Below are positions 18,121 through 28,686 of a DNA stretch of 64,000 nucleotides, in pieces (the first letter of the stretch is position 1; each line of letters opens with the position of its first letter). Under the pieces are notes generated by a model. That model did no database searches, was not told the origin of the DNA, and saw only the letters and a program-made list of their open reading frames with translations. This stretch comes from an uncultured Planctomycetia bacterium (GTDB taxonomy: Bacteria > 4484-113 > JAGGVC01). Where the stretch lies: the NCBI GenBank assembly GCA_964388445.1, contig CAYMAI010000006.1, positions 24,182 through 88,181 of the forward strand. Direction: 5' to 3'. The position numbers were made by a program, and so were the translations under genes.

Positions 18121-20904
18121 ATGGGGATAGGCGCGAGGAATCTGGCGCGGCTTTGTGTCAAAGCCGCGATTTTGCTCGCATTCGCGAGCTTTGCGGCGCT
18201 CCCGCTTTGCGCGCACGCTTCCGCGCAGGGGGACGCCATTTCCGTCGGCAAACCCGCGAAAAAACCGCCCGAACAAACGCAGGCGGAAGTTAAAGAGGCT
18301 CAGTTGGCGGAAGACGAGGAATCCACGCCGCCCGCAGAAGATGACGACGAAGAAGGCCCGGCACGGCCGCGCACGCCGCTGCAGCCGAGAGGCGCCCAGC
18401 CCGGCGCGGCGAAGGATTTGCCCGCCGGCGAAGGCGCGACGCCCCCGCTTGCCGCGGGAAAAGAAGGCGCCGAGGAAGGCGAAGGCGGGCCGGAGAGGAT
18501 GGAGCCGGAATATCCCCTCGAAGAAAATTACCTAAGGTTTAAAAGCGCCGAAAGCGTGAAGTACGAGCGCGAAGCCAAGCTGCTTACGCTTACCGGCGAG
18601 GTTGTAATCGAAATCGAGGACATTACTCTCGCGGCGGACTTCGTTCAGGTGGACGACGCCGCGAAGGAAATATACGCCAAGGGTCACGTCGCAATCTGGA
18701 AAGAAGACGACATCATTTTCGGCGACGAGCTTTTCATGAATTACGAGTCTAAGTATTTCCGCATAACGAATCCCAGCGGGAACACGTCGGGCAAGGACAT
18801 TAACGGACATCTGTATTTCGAGGGCGAAAACCTCGAGGGCACGTTCGACAGATACGTATTGCACAAAGGACGGGCGACCACTTGCGAGCCGTTTTGCGCA
18901 ATCGACGAGTATCACATCAAATCGAAGAAAATAATCGTGCGGCCGAGAAAGCGCATCGTGATGGAGCATAACTATTCGTACATTCGCGAAAAGAAGGTTT
19001 TCTACTGGCCGCTCATCGTCATTCCGCTGCAGGAAAGCGAGCGCGAAAGAAAGCGAGGGCCGTTCGACCAGAATTACGGAAACAACCCGACCGAAGGCTG
19101 GTTCGCGAAATACGCCTGGACATATAGCGCTAAGTATAAAGACGCTTTGAACGACCCGCTCAAAGGCGTGGCGATACTCGAAATTATGGAAAAGAAGGGC
19201 GTGAACGTTGGCCAGCGGCAGGATTTTTACTTCACCGACATGGGCGTAACCAGCATCTGGTGGGAATATCTTTTCAGCAACGAAAGCAGCGTTGGCCGCA
19301 CCACGTCGTCGCTCAATCCTTCGTTTTCGTTTTCTCCAGCCGCGGAGCCGTATAGAAATATCGCGCAAACCGGCGAAGTCGCGACCGGCAAGAAGCCGCA
19401 GGATTACAGGTATAAACTAACGCAGGACATCAGACTAGGCTCGGTGTCGGGCCAGATGTCGATGGAAAGAGTGAACAGATACAGCCTATTCCGCCAGCGC
19501 ACGAACACGTTCAGCAGCGGAATTTCGCTTAACCGCTCGGCGGGGTCGTCGTCCACGTCGCTTTCGCTCAATCAAAACTGGAGCGGCACAACGTCGAGCG
19601 AGGGCGTGGAATCGAGAAACATCAATACGTCGGGCAGTTTCAGCAACGTTTATAAGATTTCGCCGCAGCTTTCTTGGTCGGTTATGCAGTCATACTCCGC
19701 GTTCAAGCAGACCGCAGGCGGCGCGGCGGACCAGGAAGGCAACTTCAACAGCACTTTCGATTATCGCGGGACGAAATTCGGAAGCTCGTTTCAATGGTCG
19801 GAAGATATCGACTTCGACGACGATAAATATCTCGGAGACAGGATAAAGCCGGTTACTCACCTTCAGCCCAAAGTTACGCTGAACATTTTCAAGCGGAACT
19901 GGGAGAAGAAATTCCGGTCGCTCAACGACATCAACATGTTCGTAGCCAATACTCAAAGCGGGCCGCGAAACGAACTGGACAGCCTCGTGCATTTTCAATT
20001 GCGCACGGGATATTCGAAGCGGCAGGTTATGGGACGGGGAAGCACGCTCACCACGAACATGAATTTCGAGCAAAACGTTTACGACGACGGAAACGCGCTT
20101 TATATTTACAACCCGAACGTAAGCTACGAATATAATCCGGGCCGGTGGGTCAACCTGCGGCTTGGGTGGCAGAAAACGCAGCCGGAAGGGCGCAAAAGCC
20201 CGGGCGTTTTGGGCGGCACCCCGACTTCGAGCAACAACTTCAACGGCAACGTTACGGTGACGAATCATCGCGACTGGCGCTCGTCCTTCACGAGTTCGTT
20301 CGATTATAAGAACAGCCGGTGGCAGCCGGTCAGAATGACAACGAACTTCGACCCGAACGACAACTTCGGAATGACGACGGAGCTGAGCTGGGATATCGAA
20401 ACGCGGTCGTTTCAAAACGCACGGCTTATGACCAGCTATTACGCCGACAGCGGGAATTGGAATCTGTTCACGCGGAGCGATTTCAATTTGAGTCGCGGGG
20501 CGAAGCTGCCGGGGGATGACGGGGAGACGCTTAAGCACAGGGAGACGCTTGCGACGCTGCAGGGGTTCACGCTGGGATATAACAGGCGGTTCACGCGAGG
20601 GTGGGATATGCAGGTGCTCACGGAATATAGCAGGTCGAGCACGGGGTATAAGCTGGTGCGGCGGCTGGCGCTGACGAAGGTGAATTGCTGTACCACGATG
20701 CAGTTCGCGTATGACGCTCAGCGGAAGGAGTATTCGATGCAGGTGTTTATCAACGCGTTCCCGGGGCGGAGCACGACGGTCACGGGCAGGAGCGAGCGGG
20801 GGCCGGTGGGTGGCGAATCGATGCGGTTCTTCCTCGATACTCCCGCTAATCAGCTGTTTAATCCGAATACGTATATGGGCGGGGGATATGGGGCGCTGTT
20901 TTAG
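18121..20904 (+). CDS. lptD: LptD/OstA-like outer-membrane LPS-assembly protein
   Basis: Signal peptide MGIGARNLARLCVKAAILLAFASFAALPLCAHASA. OstA-like segment LLTLTGEVVIEIEDITLAADFVQVDDAAKEIYAKGHVAIW. Long beta-rich C-terminal region ending in an aromatic residue (GALF). Confidence 0.6.
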   Translation: MGIGARNLARLCVKAAILLAFASFAALPLCAHASAQGDAISVGKPAKKPPEQTQAEVKEAQLAEDEESTPPAEDDDEEGPARPRTPLQPRGAQPGAAKDLPAGEGATPPLAAGKEGAEEGEGGPERMEPEYPLEENYLRFKSAESVKYEREAKLLTLTGEVVIEIEDITLAADFVQVDDAAKEIYAKGHVAIWKEDDIIFGDELFMNYESKYFRITNPSGNTSGKDINGHLYFEGENLEGTFDRYVLHKGRATTCEPFCAIDEYHIKSKKIIVRPRKRIVMEHNYSYIREKKVFYWPLIVIPLQESERERKRGPFDQNYGNNPTEGWFAKYAWTYSAKYKDALNDPLKGVAILEIMEKKGVNVGQRQDFYFTDMGVTSIWWEYLFSNESSVGRTTSSLNPSFSFSPAAEPYRNIAQTGEVATGKKPQDYRYKLTQDIRLGSVSGQMSMERVNRYSLFRQRTNTFSSGISLNRSAGSSSTSLSLNQNWSGTTSSEGVESRNINTSGSFSNVYKISPQLSWSVMQSYSAFKQTAGGAADQEGNFNSTFDYRGTKFGSSFQWSEDIDFDDDKYLGDRIKPVTHLQPKVTLNIFKRNWEKKFRSLNDINMFVANTQSGPRNELDSLVHFQLRTGYSKRQVMGRGSTLTTNMNFEQNVYDDGNALYIYNPNVSYEYNPGRWVNLRLGWQKTQPEGRKSPGVLGGTPTSSNNFNGNVTVTNHRDWRSSFTSSFDYKNSRWQPVRMTTNFDPNDNFGMTTELSWDIETRSFQNARLMTSYYADSGNWNLFTRSDFNLSRGAKLPGDDGETLKHRETLATLQGFTLGYNRRFTRGWDMQVLTEYSRSSTGYKLVRRLALTKVNCCTTMQFAYDAQRKEYSMQVFINAFPGRSTTVTGRSERGPVGGESMRFFLDTPANQLFNPNTYMGGGYGALF

Positions 20905-20928
20905 TATTCGCGCGGGGCAACTCTCCGG

Positions 20929-21624
20929 CTATTCCTGGGATTCGAGCGAGGTTCTCCAGCCGAATTCGCCGATGAGCGGAACGAAAACAACGGGCAAAAT
21001 AGTCTCGGTAATCGCTGCGCCTTTTTCGTCTTTTACGAGCCTGACGAGTTCCTGCGAGCCCATTTCGCCGACGGGAATAACGAGCTTGCCGAGAGGGGCG
21101 AGCTGGTCGATGAGCGGTTGGGGGATTTGAGGCGAGGCAGCGGTGACGATAATCGCTTCGTAGGGCGCGAATTCGGGCAGGCCTTTCGTGCCGTCGCCGG
21201 TGGCGAAAATGGCGTTTTCGAATCCGGCGGTGCGGATGCTTTCTTTGGCGCGTTCGCAAAGTGCGCCGATGCGCTCTATGGTGTATACGGTCTTGGCCAG
21301 CGCGCATAAAATCGCTGTTTGATATCCCGACCCCGTGCCGACTTCGAGGACGCATTCGCCGCCCGTAAGTCCGAGCGCTTCGGTCATTAAAGCCACGATG
21401 TAGGGCTGGGAAATCGTCTGGTCGAGGCCGATAGGCAGCGCTCGGTCTTGATATGCTGCATCCGCATAGTCTTTGCCGACGAACAATTCGCGCGGGATAT
21501 TGCCCATCGCGAAGAGCACGCGTTCGTCCTTGATTCCGCGCGCCGCTATCTGGTTGGCTACCATTCCGCGCCGGAGCGATGGAAAATCGCTTCCGCCATC
21601 GGCGAGATTTGGAAACCTCGGCAT
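20929..21624 (-). CDS. pcm: protein-L-isoaspartate O-methyltransferase
   Basis: QTISQPYIVALMTE and SAM motif VLEVGTGSGYQTA. Confidence 0.92.
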   Translation of the reverse strand: MPRFPNLADGGSDFPSLRRGMVANQIAARGIKDERVLFAMGNIPRELFVGKDYADAAYQDRALPIGLDQTISQPYIVALMTEALGLTGGECVLEVGTGSGYQTAILCALAKTVYTIERIGALCERAKESIRTAGFENAIFATGDGTKGLPEFAPYEAIIVTAASPQIPQPLIDQLAPLGKLVIPVGEMGSQELVRLVKDEKGAAITETILPVVFVPLIGEFGWRTSLESQE

Positions 21625-21705
21625 AGAATACGCCCCCTGCCCCGCAAATAATACATCAAATCGGGCGGCCCTGCACGATTTTCGGGCGAAGCCGCGCTTT
21701 AAGTT

Positions 21706-22644
21706 TCAGCTTCTGGGTTTTCTTCCCCGCCTTCTCACGCCTGCCGCGGGCGGCCCGTTTTTCGCGTAATACTTCATTTTTCTCAGCGCTCTCGTTTCTA
21801 TCTGGCGAATTCTTTCCCTGCTCATGTTCAAATCCGCGCCGATTTGTTCGAGAGTTTTGATTTCTCCGGTACTTGTTCCTGCGGACGAATCGATGCCGAA
21901 CCGGTGCGTTATCACATATTTTTCGCGCTCGTCGAGCGCCTTCATCAGCTCTTTTACCTGAAGAAGCGTCATGGTCTCCGCGAAAAGGTCCTCGGTTGTA
22001 GCTACTTTGTCTTTGAGCTCGCGCGGGTCGTCGGGCGAGCCGCCATCGCTGTGCTCGAACGCGGCGTCCAGGCTTTGTACGTAGGGTATGAGGTCGCTGA
22101 ACCGTTCGATCGTTTCGACGTCGAAGCCGGTGATTTCGGAAAGCTCCTGCGTCGTGGGTTCGCGATGCTGCTTGGTGCGGAATTCGTGCTTGCCCCTGTT
22201 TAGTTTGTTCATCGTATCGAGAACGTGCTCGGGAACGCGAATCTGGCTTTTGTTTTTCGTGATGAACCGCAATATTCGCTGTTTGATCCACCACGTTGCG
22301 TAAGTGGAAAACTTGAAGCCGGTGGTCGGGTCGAATTTTTCGATTGCCCTGATAAGCCCCATATTTCCTTCGCCGATCAAATCCTGAAGCGGAGCGTTAG
22401 TCATTCGATAGCGTTTGGCGATTGAAACGACGAGCCTGAGATTGGCGTTGATTATTTTTTCGCGCACGAGAAGCCGTTCTTCTTCCGAAGTTGCGGGGTC
22501 GTGATATTTGGTCATCAGTTCGTACTCCTGCTCTCTCGTGAGCAGGTTTATCGTGCTAATAAAGCCGAGATATTGAAGAAGAGCGTTTTCGAGACGGTCG
22601 TCTTCTTTGGTTTGAATTTCTTTTTCTGTGGGTTTCTCGGCCAT
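21706..22644 (-). CDS. sigma-70 family RNA polymerase sigma factor (group 1/2-like, RpoS/RpoD-type)
   Basis: Region 2 [13 protein letters not shown]...[35 protein letters not shown]. Region 4 [27 protein letters not shown]. Confidence 0.88.
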   Translation of the reverse strand: MAEKPTEKEIQTKEDDRLENALLQYLGFISTINLLTREQEYELMTKYHDPATSEEERLLVREKIINANLRLVVSIAKRYRMTNAPLQDLIGEGNMGLIRAIEKFDPTTGFKFSTYATWWIKQRILRFITKNKSQIRVPEHVLDTMNKLNRGKHEFRTKQHREPTTQELSEITGFDVETIERFSDLIPYVQSLDAAFEHSDGGSPDDPRELKDKVATTEDLFAETMTLLQVKELMKALDEREKYVITHRFGIDSSAGTSTGEIKTLEQIGADLNMSRERIRQIETRALRKMKYYAKNGPPAAGVRRRGRKPRS

Positions 22645-22655
22645 ATTTATTTCCG

Positions 22656-23444
22656 CTATCTTCCTCCGAACGCGCCCGCGGCAGTCATCATCTGGGACGG
22701 GTCTGCCTCGATTATCTTAACGCCGCTTGGCGGTCTGAAAAATTCCGGCCCCCTGTCCGCCACTTCGGTCAAGTTGCGTATTTCCCATGTGAACATCATG
22801 CCCGGCATATTCATGCGAACCGCAATCGGAAAGCCGTGTTTATCCGATACCCAGAGGTTGAGGTCGATGCTTTGGCCGCCTTCCGCGGGAAGTTTAACCG
22901 CATAGCCGGTAGCTTTTAGTCCGAGTATTTCGCGCGCGGGAATCGTCTTGACGTTCGCTCCTTGCAGAACTTTGGAGAAATCTTTGTTGCCGATAAGCGC
23001 GCCGCTGCCCGCCATTTGTTCCGCCGACATTCCCTTCATGCTGAATTTCATTCCGTTGAGCGTATCGGGGTACCACATATACGCATAGTTGTCTTGCTCG
23101 TTGACCATCACTTCTACGAGGACGCTTTCGGCCGCGCCCATCATTTCGCCCATGAAGTCGTTTATCGCGAGCCGGAGGCTGTTGCCTTGTATGAAGATTT
23201 TGCCGCCTACCGAAACAGCGACCGGCTGGGCGCTTATTTCGTCCATCGTGATTTTCATACGGGCTCTTTCCTCCGGCGACATTTCGCCGGCGAGACCGGA
23301 AAAACCCTCGAAGAAAGTGGACATAAGCTTGCCCATGTCTTTGATTTCGACTGTAATCAGTATGTCGCCCCGCGAAGCGGCATCCGCCGGCTGCGCCGCG
23401 GCGATTGCGCAAAGAAAAACGAAAACTCCAAGTAAAAACCGCAT
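22656..23444 (-). CDS. Met-rich secreted protein of unknown function
   Basis: Signal peptide [23 protein letters not shown] count 21 Met in 262 aa. It ends 11 nt upstream of the sigma factor gene on the same strand. Confidence 0.7.
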   Translation of the reverse strand: MRFLLGVFVFLCAIAAAQPADAASRGDILITVEIKDMGKLMSTFFEGFSGLAGEMSPEERARMKITMDEISAQPVAVSVGGKIFIQGNSLRLAINDFMGEMMGAAESVLVEVMVNEQDNYAYMWYPDTLNGMKFSMKGMSAEQMAGSGALIGNKDFSKVLQGANVKTIPAREILGLKATGYAVKLPAEGGQSIDLNLWVSDKHGFPIAVRMNMPGMMFTWEIRNLTEVADRGPEFFRPPSGVKIIEADPSQMMTAAGAFGGR

Positions 23445-23535
23445 CTTTTCACCCCATCATGCCCCGTGTCGATGAAAGTACATACTACCCGCGCAAATGC
23501 GCAAGTAAGCTATTAAATGGACGGCGACGCGCCCA

Positions 23536-24351
23536 TTATGTTCCTGATTCCGCACGTTTTTTCGCCGATTCATCCGCGATATCCTGCTTGTCGATCGGCT
23601 TCACGAAGGCGACGAGCTGGACGCTGACGAGATATAAAAGGATTATCGGGCCTGCGAGAAGAAGCATCGTGAACGCGTCCGGACTGGGCGTCAGCACCGC
23701 CGAGAGAATCAAAATCACGACGATTGCGGTTTTGAAATGTTTCAAAAGACTTGCCCGCGTTACCCAGCCCAGCTTGGCGAGGCCGAGAAGAACGACGGGC
23801 AGCTCGAACAAAACGCCGCCCGCGACGACGAGCCCGAAAAGAAAGCTGAAATATCTGCCTACGGACAGCACCGGAAGAAACCTCTCGCGTCCCCAACCGA
23901 GAAGGATGTGTACGCCGGCGGGAGCGACGACGAAAAACGTGAAAACCGCGCCGAGAATGAAAAGAACGAAGAGCCACGGGATGACGCCGCGCACAACGCG
24001 CCGTTCGTTTTCGAGAAGCCCGGGCGAGATAAACCGCCACAAATGGAAAAGCGCGAACGGCGCTGTTAGAATCAAAGAGGCGAATAGCGCGATTTTTATG
24101 TCCGTTAAAAACGCTTCGGGAACCGCGAAATAGTGGAGCGAAATTTCTTCGCCCAGCGGATATAGCAGAAAATCGAAAATCCGCTTGACGAAAACGAAGC
24201 TTAAAACGAAAGCGAGCACGAGAAAACCGATAATGGCGAATATTCTGTAGCGGAGTTCCACGAGATGCGGATAAACCTCGGCCCAGCAGCCGATGCGCTC
24301 TGCCGCGCCGCCGCCGCCGAAACCGGAATCGCTATGGCCGTTTTCCGTCAT
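23536..24351 (-). CDS. tatC: twin-arginine translocase subunit TatC
   Basis: Six-TM protein with TatC-type motifs (LRYRIFAIIGFLV, FFVVAPAG, FELPVVLLGLAKLG). Overlaps the upstream TatA/B gene by 4 nt. Confidence 0.9.
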   Translation of the reverse strand: MTENGHSDSGFGGGGAAERIGCWAEVYPHLVELRYRIFAIIGFLVLAFVLSFVFVKRIFDFLLYPLGEEISLHYFAVPEAFLTDIKIALFASLILTAPFALFHLWRFISPGLLENERRVVRGVIPWLFVLFILGAVFTFFVVAPAGVHILLGWGRERFLPVLSVGRYFSFLFGLVVAGGVLFELPVVLLGLAKLGWVTRASLLKHFKTAIVVILILSAVLTPSPDAFTMLLLAGPIILLYLVSVQLVAFVKPIDKQDIADESAKKRAESGT

Positions 24352-24824
24352 GCGTCCGCCTTTCCGGCGCCGGAGAGGTAATCGTCCGTTTCTCCGGCGA
24401 TTTCCGCGGCGTCATGCTTGCCGGCGATTTCGTCTTTTTCCTCCGCTTGCGCGGCGTATGAGCGCTCGTAATTTTCCGAATCGAACGCGGCGGCGCCGGT
24501 GTTTTCGCCGGCGAGATAGTCGTCGTCGTCAGCCCGAACCGCGTAAGCCTTTGCATCGCGGCGCGGCGGCGGGGCGGTGGACGGCTCGATTATCTCCTTC
24601 GCGAAGGCGGCGATGGGATTTTTTATCGAGTCCACCGTATCCCTGATTTCGTCGAACTCCGAAGCGGCGGTTCCAAGCTCGCCGCGGACGTCGCGGGCGA
24701 AATCGCGCATCGAGCGCACGAATTTGCCGAGGTTTTTGCCGATTTCGGGTAGCGCTTGCGGCCCCCAGAAGACAAGCACGAAACCGAAAATCACAAGTAG
24801 CTCGCCGAGGCCGACGTTAAACAC
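24348..24824 (-). CDS. TatA/TatB family translocase subunit (TatB-like length, acidic tail)
   Basis: N-terminal MFNVGLGELLVIFGFVLVFWGPQALPEIGKNLGKFVRSMRDF, a TM helix plus amphipathic helix. Confidence 0.85.
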   Translation of the reverse strand: MFNVGLGELLVIFGFVLVFWGPQALPEIGKNLGKFVRSMRDFARDVRGELGTAASEFDEIRDTVDSIKNPIAAFAKEIIEPSTAPPPRRDAKAYAVRADDDDYLAGENTGAAAFDSENYERSYAAQAEEKDEIAGKHDAAEIAGETDDYLSGAGKADA

Positions 24825-24894
24825 GGTTCGATTATATCAGCGGACGCGCAATTCTCCTCGCATACCGCGGCTTTGCGCGATAATCGGCGCTCTT

Positions 24895-25647
24895 ATGGCA
24901 AACGCCGTGGAAATCCGGAATCTTACCGTCGATAAAGGCGGGTTTCGCGCGCTTGAAAACGTGAACCTAACCGTAGGGCAAGGCGAATTCGCCGCCATCC
25001 TCGGCCCGAACGGCGCGGGAAAAACGACGCTGATAAAGGCGATACTCGGTCTTGAAAAGCCCGTTTCGGGGGAAATTTCGCTGTTCGGGATGCCGCGACG
25101 GAGTCTTTCGCCAAAAGATATCGGATACGTTGCGCAGTTCAAAACGCTGGACAAGACCTTTCCCGCAGTTACATGCGACCTTGTCGCGAGCGGACTTGCA
25201 CGAACTTGGCCGTGGCGGATACCTCCGCAGGCGCACATCGCGGTAAGCGAGGCTCTTTCTTACGTAAGCGCCAGCGACCTTTGCCACAAGCCGCTCAAAT
25301 GGCTGTCGGGCGGGGAATTGCAGCGCGTTTACCTGGCGCGGGCGCTGGTCAGAAAGCCGAGACTTCTCCTGCTGGACGAGCCTGCGACGGGCATCGATCC
25401 GGCGGGCGAAATCGATATGTATCACGTGCTCGAAAACTACATTAAGGAGAAAAACGCGGCCGCGCTGATCGTAACTCACGACTGGCTTGCCGCAAGACAC
25501 CACGCGTCGAAAGCGATACTATTGAATAAAAACGTGATTAGCGTTGGCGACCCGTCCGAAGCGCTGCTCGACGAATATATGAGAACCGCTTTCGGCCATG
25601 AAGGCCACTATCATCCCGCGGCGGAGGGCGGCGCACGCGATGTTTGA
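24895..25647 (+). CDS. metal (Zn/Mn-type, ABC-3) transporter ATP-binding protein
   Basis: Walker A GPNGAGKTT, signature LSGGELQRVYLAR, Walker B LLLLDEP. The ORF-track 5' extension (24577) is antisense to the Tat gene and is rejected. Confidence 0.85.
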   Translation: MANAVEIRNLTVDKGGFRALENVNLTVGQGEFAAILGPNGAGKTTLIKAILGLEKPVSGEISLFGMPRRSLSPKDIGYVAQFKTLDKTFPAVTCDLVASGLARTWPWRIPPQAHIAVSEALSYVSASDLCHKPLKWLSGGELQRVYLARALVRKPRLLLLDEPATGIDPAGEIDMYHVLENYIKEKNAAALIVTHDWLAARHHASKAILLNKNVISVGDPSEALLDEYMRTAFGHEGHYHPAAEGGARDV

Positions 25648-26449
25648 GGCGTTTTCGCTGGGATTCATGCAACGCGCGCTTCTCGCCGGAACGCTTGTCG
25701 CGTTCGCCGCGAGCTATTACGGCGTGTTCATCGTTCAGCGCGGGATGTCGTTTATGGGCAACGGGCTAGCACACGCCGCGTTCGGCGGAGTCGCGCTGGG
25801 GCTTCTATTGGGCGGCGAGCCGCTTTTCGTCGCGGTGCCGTTCACGGTCGCCGTCGCATTGCTCATTACATTCATACGCGACAAAACCACGCTTTCGTCC
25901 GACACCGTCATCGGGGTTTTCTTCGCGGTTTCCATGGCGCTCGGCATAATCTTTTTGTCCAGGCTCCCGACATTTACAACCGATGCGTTCGCTTATCTAT
26001 TCGGCTCGATTTTGGCTGTCGGCGAACTGGACATTTGGGCGGCGGGCTCGCTTGCGGCAATCGCGGCGATGACGTTTCCGCTTTGGGGCGAGTGGGCGTA
26101 TGCGACATTCGACAGGGATGCCGCACTGGCGGACGGGCTTCCGGTAAAGTCGAGGGATTATCTTTTATCGGTGCTTATTGCGCTGACCATAGTCGTTAGC
26201 GCGAAAGTGGTCGGAATCGTGCTTATCAGCGCGTTTATCGTAATTCCGGCGGCCGCGGCGCGGCTCGTGGCGCGCAGGTTTTTCGACATGACGGCGATTT
26301 CGATATTCACCGGCATCGTTTGCGTGGCGGCGGGACTGGCGGCTTCGTACGTTTTCGACGCGCCGAGCGGAGCGGCTATCGTCCTCGTACAAACCGCGGC
26401 GTTCGGGCTGATGTTTATCGCCGGCGCTCTTACCGGAAAATCGCGGTAA
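25640..26449 (+). CDS. metal ABC transporter permease (ABC-3 family)
   Basis: Polytopic membrane protein starting MFEAFSLGFMQRALLAG. Its ATG overlaps the upstream stop (ATGTTTGA). Confidence 0.85.
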   Translation: MFEAFSLGFMQRALLAGTLVAFAASYYGVFIVQRGMSFMGNGLAHAAFGGVALGLLLGGEPLFVAVPFTVAVALLITFIRDKTTLSSDTVIGVFFAVSMALGIIFLSRLPTFTTDAFAYLFGSILAVGELDIWAAGSLAAIAAMTFPLWGEWAYATFDRDAALADGLPVKSRDYLLSVLIALTIVVSAKVVGIVLISAFIVIPAAAARLVARRFFDMTAISIFTGIVCVAAGLAASYVFDAPSGAAIVLVQTAAFGLMFIAGALTGKSR

Positions 26450-26520
26450 TCGGCCGGATAGCGGGATGTTACAATAGGGTATCCTGCGGTTTTCCCCCCG
26501 GCGGGGACGGGAGTTGCGCT

Positions 26521-27255
26521 ATGGGATTTTTTCAGAGAATGTCCAGGTTTTTCCGTGCGCTTTTCGGCGGCGCGATGCGCTCTATCGAAGACCCGGAGCT
26601 GATTTTGCGCCAGACCATCGACGACATGCGCGCGAAAATACCCAAGATGAACGAAGGGCTTACGAAGATGCGCGCGGGCGCGACGCTGCTCGAAGAAGAG
26701 CTTAAGGAATACGAATCGAATTCGCGCAAGCTGAAATCCACGATACGCGCCGCTCTGGAACAGGGCGACGAGACCGTGGCGGCGGGATATGCGGTAAGGC
26801 TGCGCGACTTGCAGGCGGGATACGAGCGGACGCGCGCTCAACTCGAGCAAGCCGTCAAAGCCTATGAGCAGGCGAGCGAGCTTAGAAACGAGTATAAAAA
26901 GGAAATCGAGCGCAAGACTCGCGAATTCGAGCAGGCCGTCGACGCGAAGCGGCTGGCGGAATTCAAGAAAGAAGTGGCGAGCGCGTTCGAAACTTTCCAA
27001 GTGGGCGACGTGGATTACACCTACAAGGAAATGATGGACAAAATGCGCCGAAAGACCGCGGAGGCGGAAGCGCGGCTCGACGTCGCGATGGACCACCTGG
27101 ACGTGGAGCAATACAAGCTTCAGCGCCGGGCGGAAGAGCTGGAAGCCAAGGAAATACTGAACCAGTTCAAGGCCGAATGGGGATTTGAATCGGAAACGGC
27201 GCCTTCACCGGAAAAAACGCTCGGCGGAATCGAGCAGGAAAAGCAGTCGCAGTAA
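26521..27255 (+). CDS. pspA: PspA/IM30 family protein
   Basis: N-terminal MGFFQRMSRFFRALFGG...EDPELILRQTIDDM followed by a long coiled coil. Confidence 0.85.
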   Translation: MGFFQRMSRFFRALFGGAMRSIEDPELILRQTIDDMRAKIPKMNEGLTKMRAGATLLEEELKEYESNSRKLKSTIRAALEQGDETVAAGYAVRLRDLQAGYERTRAQLEQAVKAYEQASELRNEYKKEIERKTREFEQAVDAKRLAEFKKEVASAFETFQVGDVDYTYKEMMDKMRRKTAEAEARLDVAMDHLDVEQYKLQRRAEELEAKEILNQFKAEWGFESETAPSPEKTLGGIEQEKQSQ

Positions 27256-27291
27256 TTGCGCGGAATAAAGCGCACGATTGCGGGTGCCGGT

Positions 27292-28686
27292 TTATTCCGG
27301 CACGGGCTTGATTGTAACTTTCATGTTTTCGAACTGCGGCGCAAGCCGGTCTGCCGGGCCCGAAAGCGCGATTACGAGGGAATCCGGATGAAGATATTCT
27401 TTCGCGACCCGCATGAATTCGTCGCGGTTCATTGCGGAAGTGTCGCGTACCATTCTTTCGAGATACTCCTCGCCCAGTCCGCTGAAAGCCGCCTCGGCAA
27501 CCATTCCGGCCGCGCCGCCGTAGGTTTCGAGGCCGAAAAACAGCCGGCCGAGCGTGCCCGATTTGGCAAGCTCGATTTCTTCGTCCGTCGGGCCGTCCGC
27601 GATGAGGCGGCGGATTTCGGCGAGCGTCACGTCAACCGCTTCTCTAGCGCTTTCCACTTTCGTCGAAAACGCGGCGAAGAAACTGCCCGATTCCCTGAAG
27701 CCCGGCGTCCACGAAAAAACGGAATATGCAAGCCCGCGCTCGTTTCTCACGGCGTCGCCGAGCCTCGAAGTAAGACCGCCGCCGCCCAGCACTTCGTTAA
27801 CGAACCTTAGCTTGAAATAATCGCGGTGGCGTATCGAAAGCGCGGGATGGCCGATTCGCGCCGTCGCCTGCGTGGCGGGCGTGTCCACGATAATCACTAT
27901 TCCTGCATCGCCCGGCGTATCGTTCAACCTGAGCGGCTCGACAGCGCCGTACGTCCAGCCGCCGAAAGCGTCATGCGAAAGCGAGAGCAGAGTTTCCGCA
28001 TTCAAATCACCGGCTACGGTCAATTGGGCGCGCGACGGTTTATATAGCCTTTTGTAAAACGACTTCGCATCCGAAACGGTCAGATTCGAAATCGTCGATG
28101 GGTAGCCGTCGGACGGAGAGCCGTATGCGCTGTGCGGATAGAGCGCGGCATAGAAAGCGTCCCGAACCAGAATTCCGCCGTTGCCGTAACTTCTTTTTAC
28201 GCGCGCCACCCATTCGTCGCGAGTGCGGGCGAACTCCGCATCGTCGAAGGCGGGGGAAAGTACTATGCCGGAAAGAAGACCGAGCATTTCGGGAAAATCG
28301 TCCGAAAGGCACGTAAGATTGAACGAAACATAGTCGTTGGCGATTGAAACCGAAAGGCCTGCCGCTTTAGAATCGAGAATCGAGTCGATTTTTTCGGCGT
28401 CCAGCGACTTGCTGCCCTGGCGCATGACGCGGGCGGTGAGACCAGCGAGACCTTCTTTGCCTTTCGGATCGAACAGCGAGCCGGCGGCGATTCTTAGCTC
28501 GCACGACACCATCGGCAAATGGCTTCGTTGCACGAGATATGCGGAAAAGCCGTTGTCGAGCCTTATCGTCTCATAAGTTAACGGCGCTTTTTCCGTTATC
28601 GAACCGGTCAAGGCTGACGCATGCGAATCGGTCATTATGTTCACCGTAAAAATTGCGGCGGCGAATAGAGCGGTCAGGATTTTCAT
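27292..28686 (-). CDS. M16 family peptidase, non-catalytic partner
   Basis: Signal peptide. M16 fold, but the HxxEH position reads GLAGLTARVM. Overlaps the upstream M16 gene by 4 nt. Confidence 0.8.
   Translation of the reverse strand: MKILTALFAAAIFTVNIMTDSHASALTGSITEKAPLTYETIRLDNGFSAYLVQRSHLPMVSCELRIAAGSLFDPKGKEGLAGLTARVMRQGSKSLDAEKIDSILDSKAAGLSVSIANDYVSFNLTCLSDDFPEMLGLLSGIVLSPAFDDAEFARTRDEWVARVKRSYGNGGILVRDAFYAALYPHSAYGSPSDGYPSTISNLTVSDAKSFYKRLYKPSRAQLTVAGDLNAETLLSLSHDAFGGWTYGAVEPLRLNDTPGDAGIVIIVDTPATQATARIGHPALSIRHRDYFKLRFVNEVLGGGGLTSRLGDAVRNERGLAYSVFSWTPGFRESGSFFAAFSTKVESAREAVDVTLAEIRRLIADGPTDEEIELAKSGTLGRLFFGLETYGGAAGMVAEAAFSGLGEEYLERMVRDTSAMNRDEFMRVAKEYLHPDSLVIALSGPADRLAPQFENMKVTIKPVPE

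Noticed and set aside
24825-24894. A possible Zur or metal-regulator box between the Tat genes and the metal ABC transporter (GCGCGATAATCGGCGC).
   Set aside because: It is only an imperfect short palindrome and does not resemble the AT-rich Zur/Fur-type consensus. I also noted that no substrate-binding protein gene is adjacent, but one may be encoded elsewhere.
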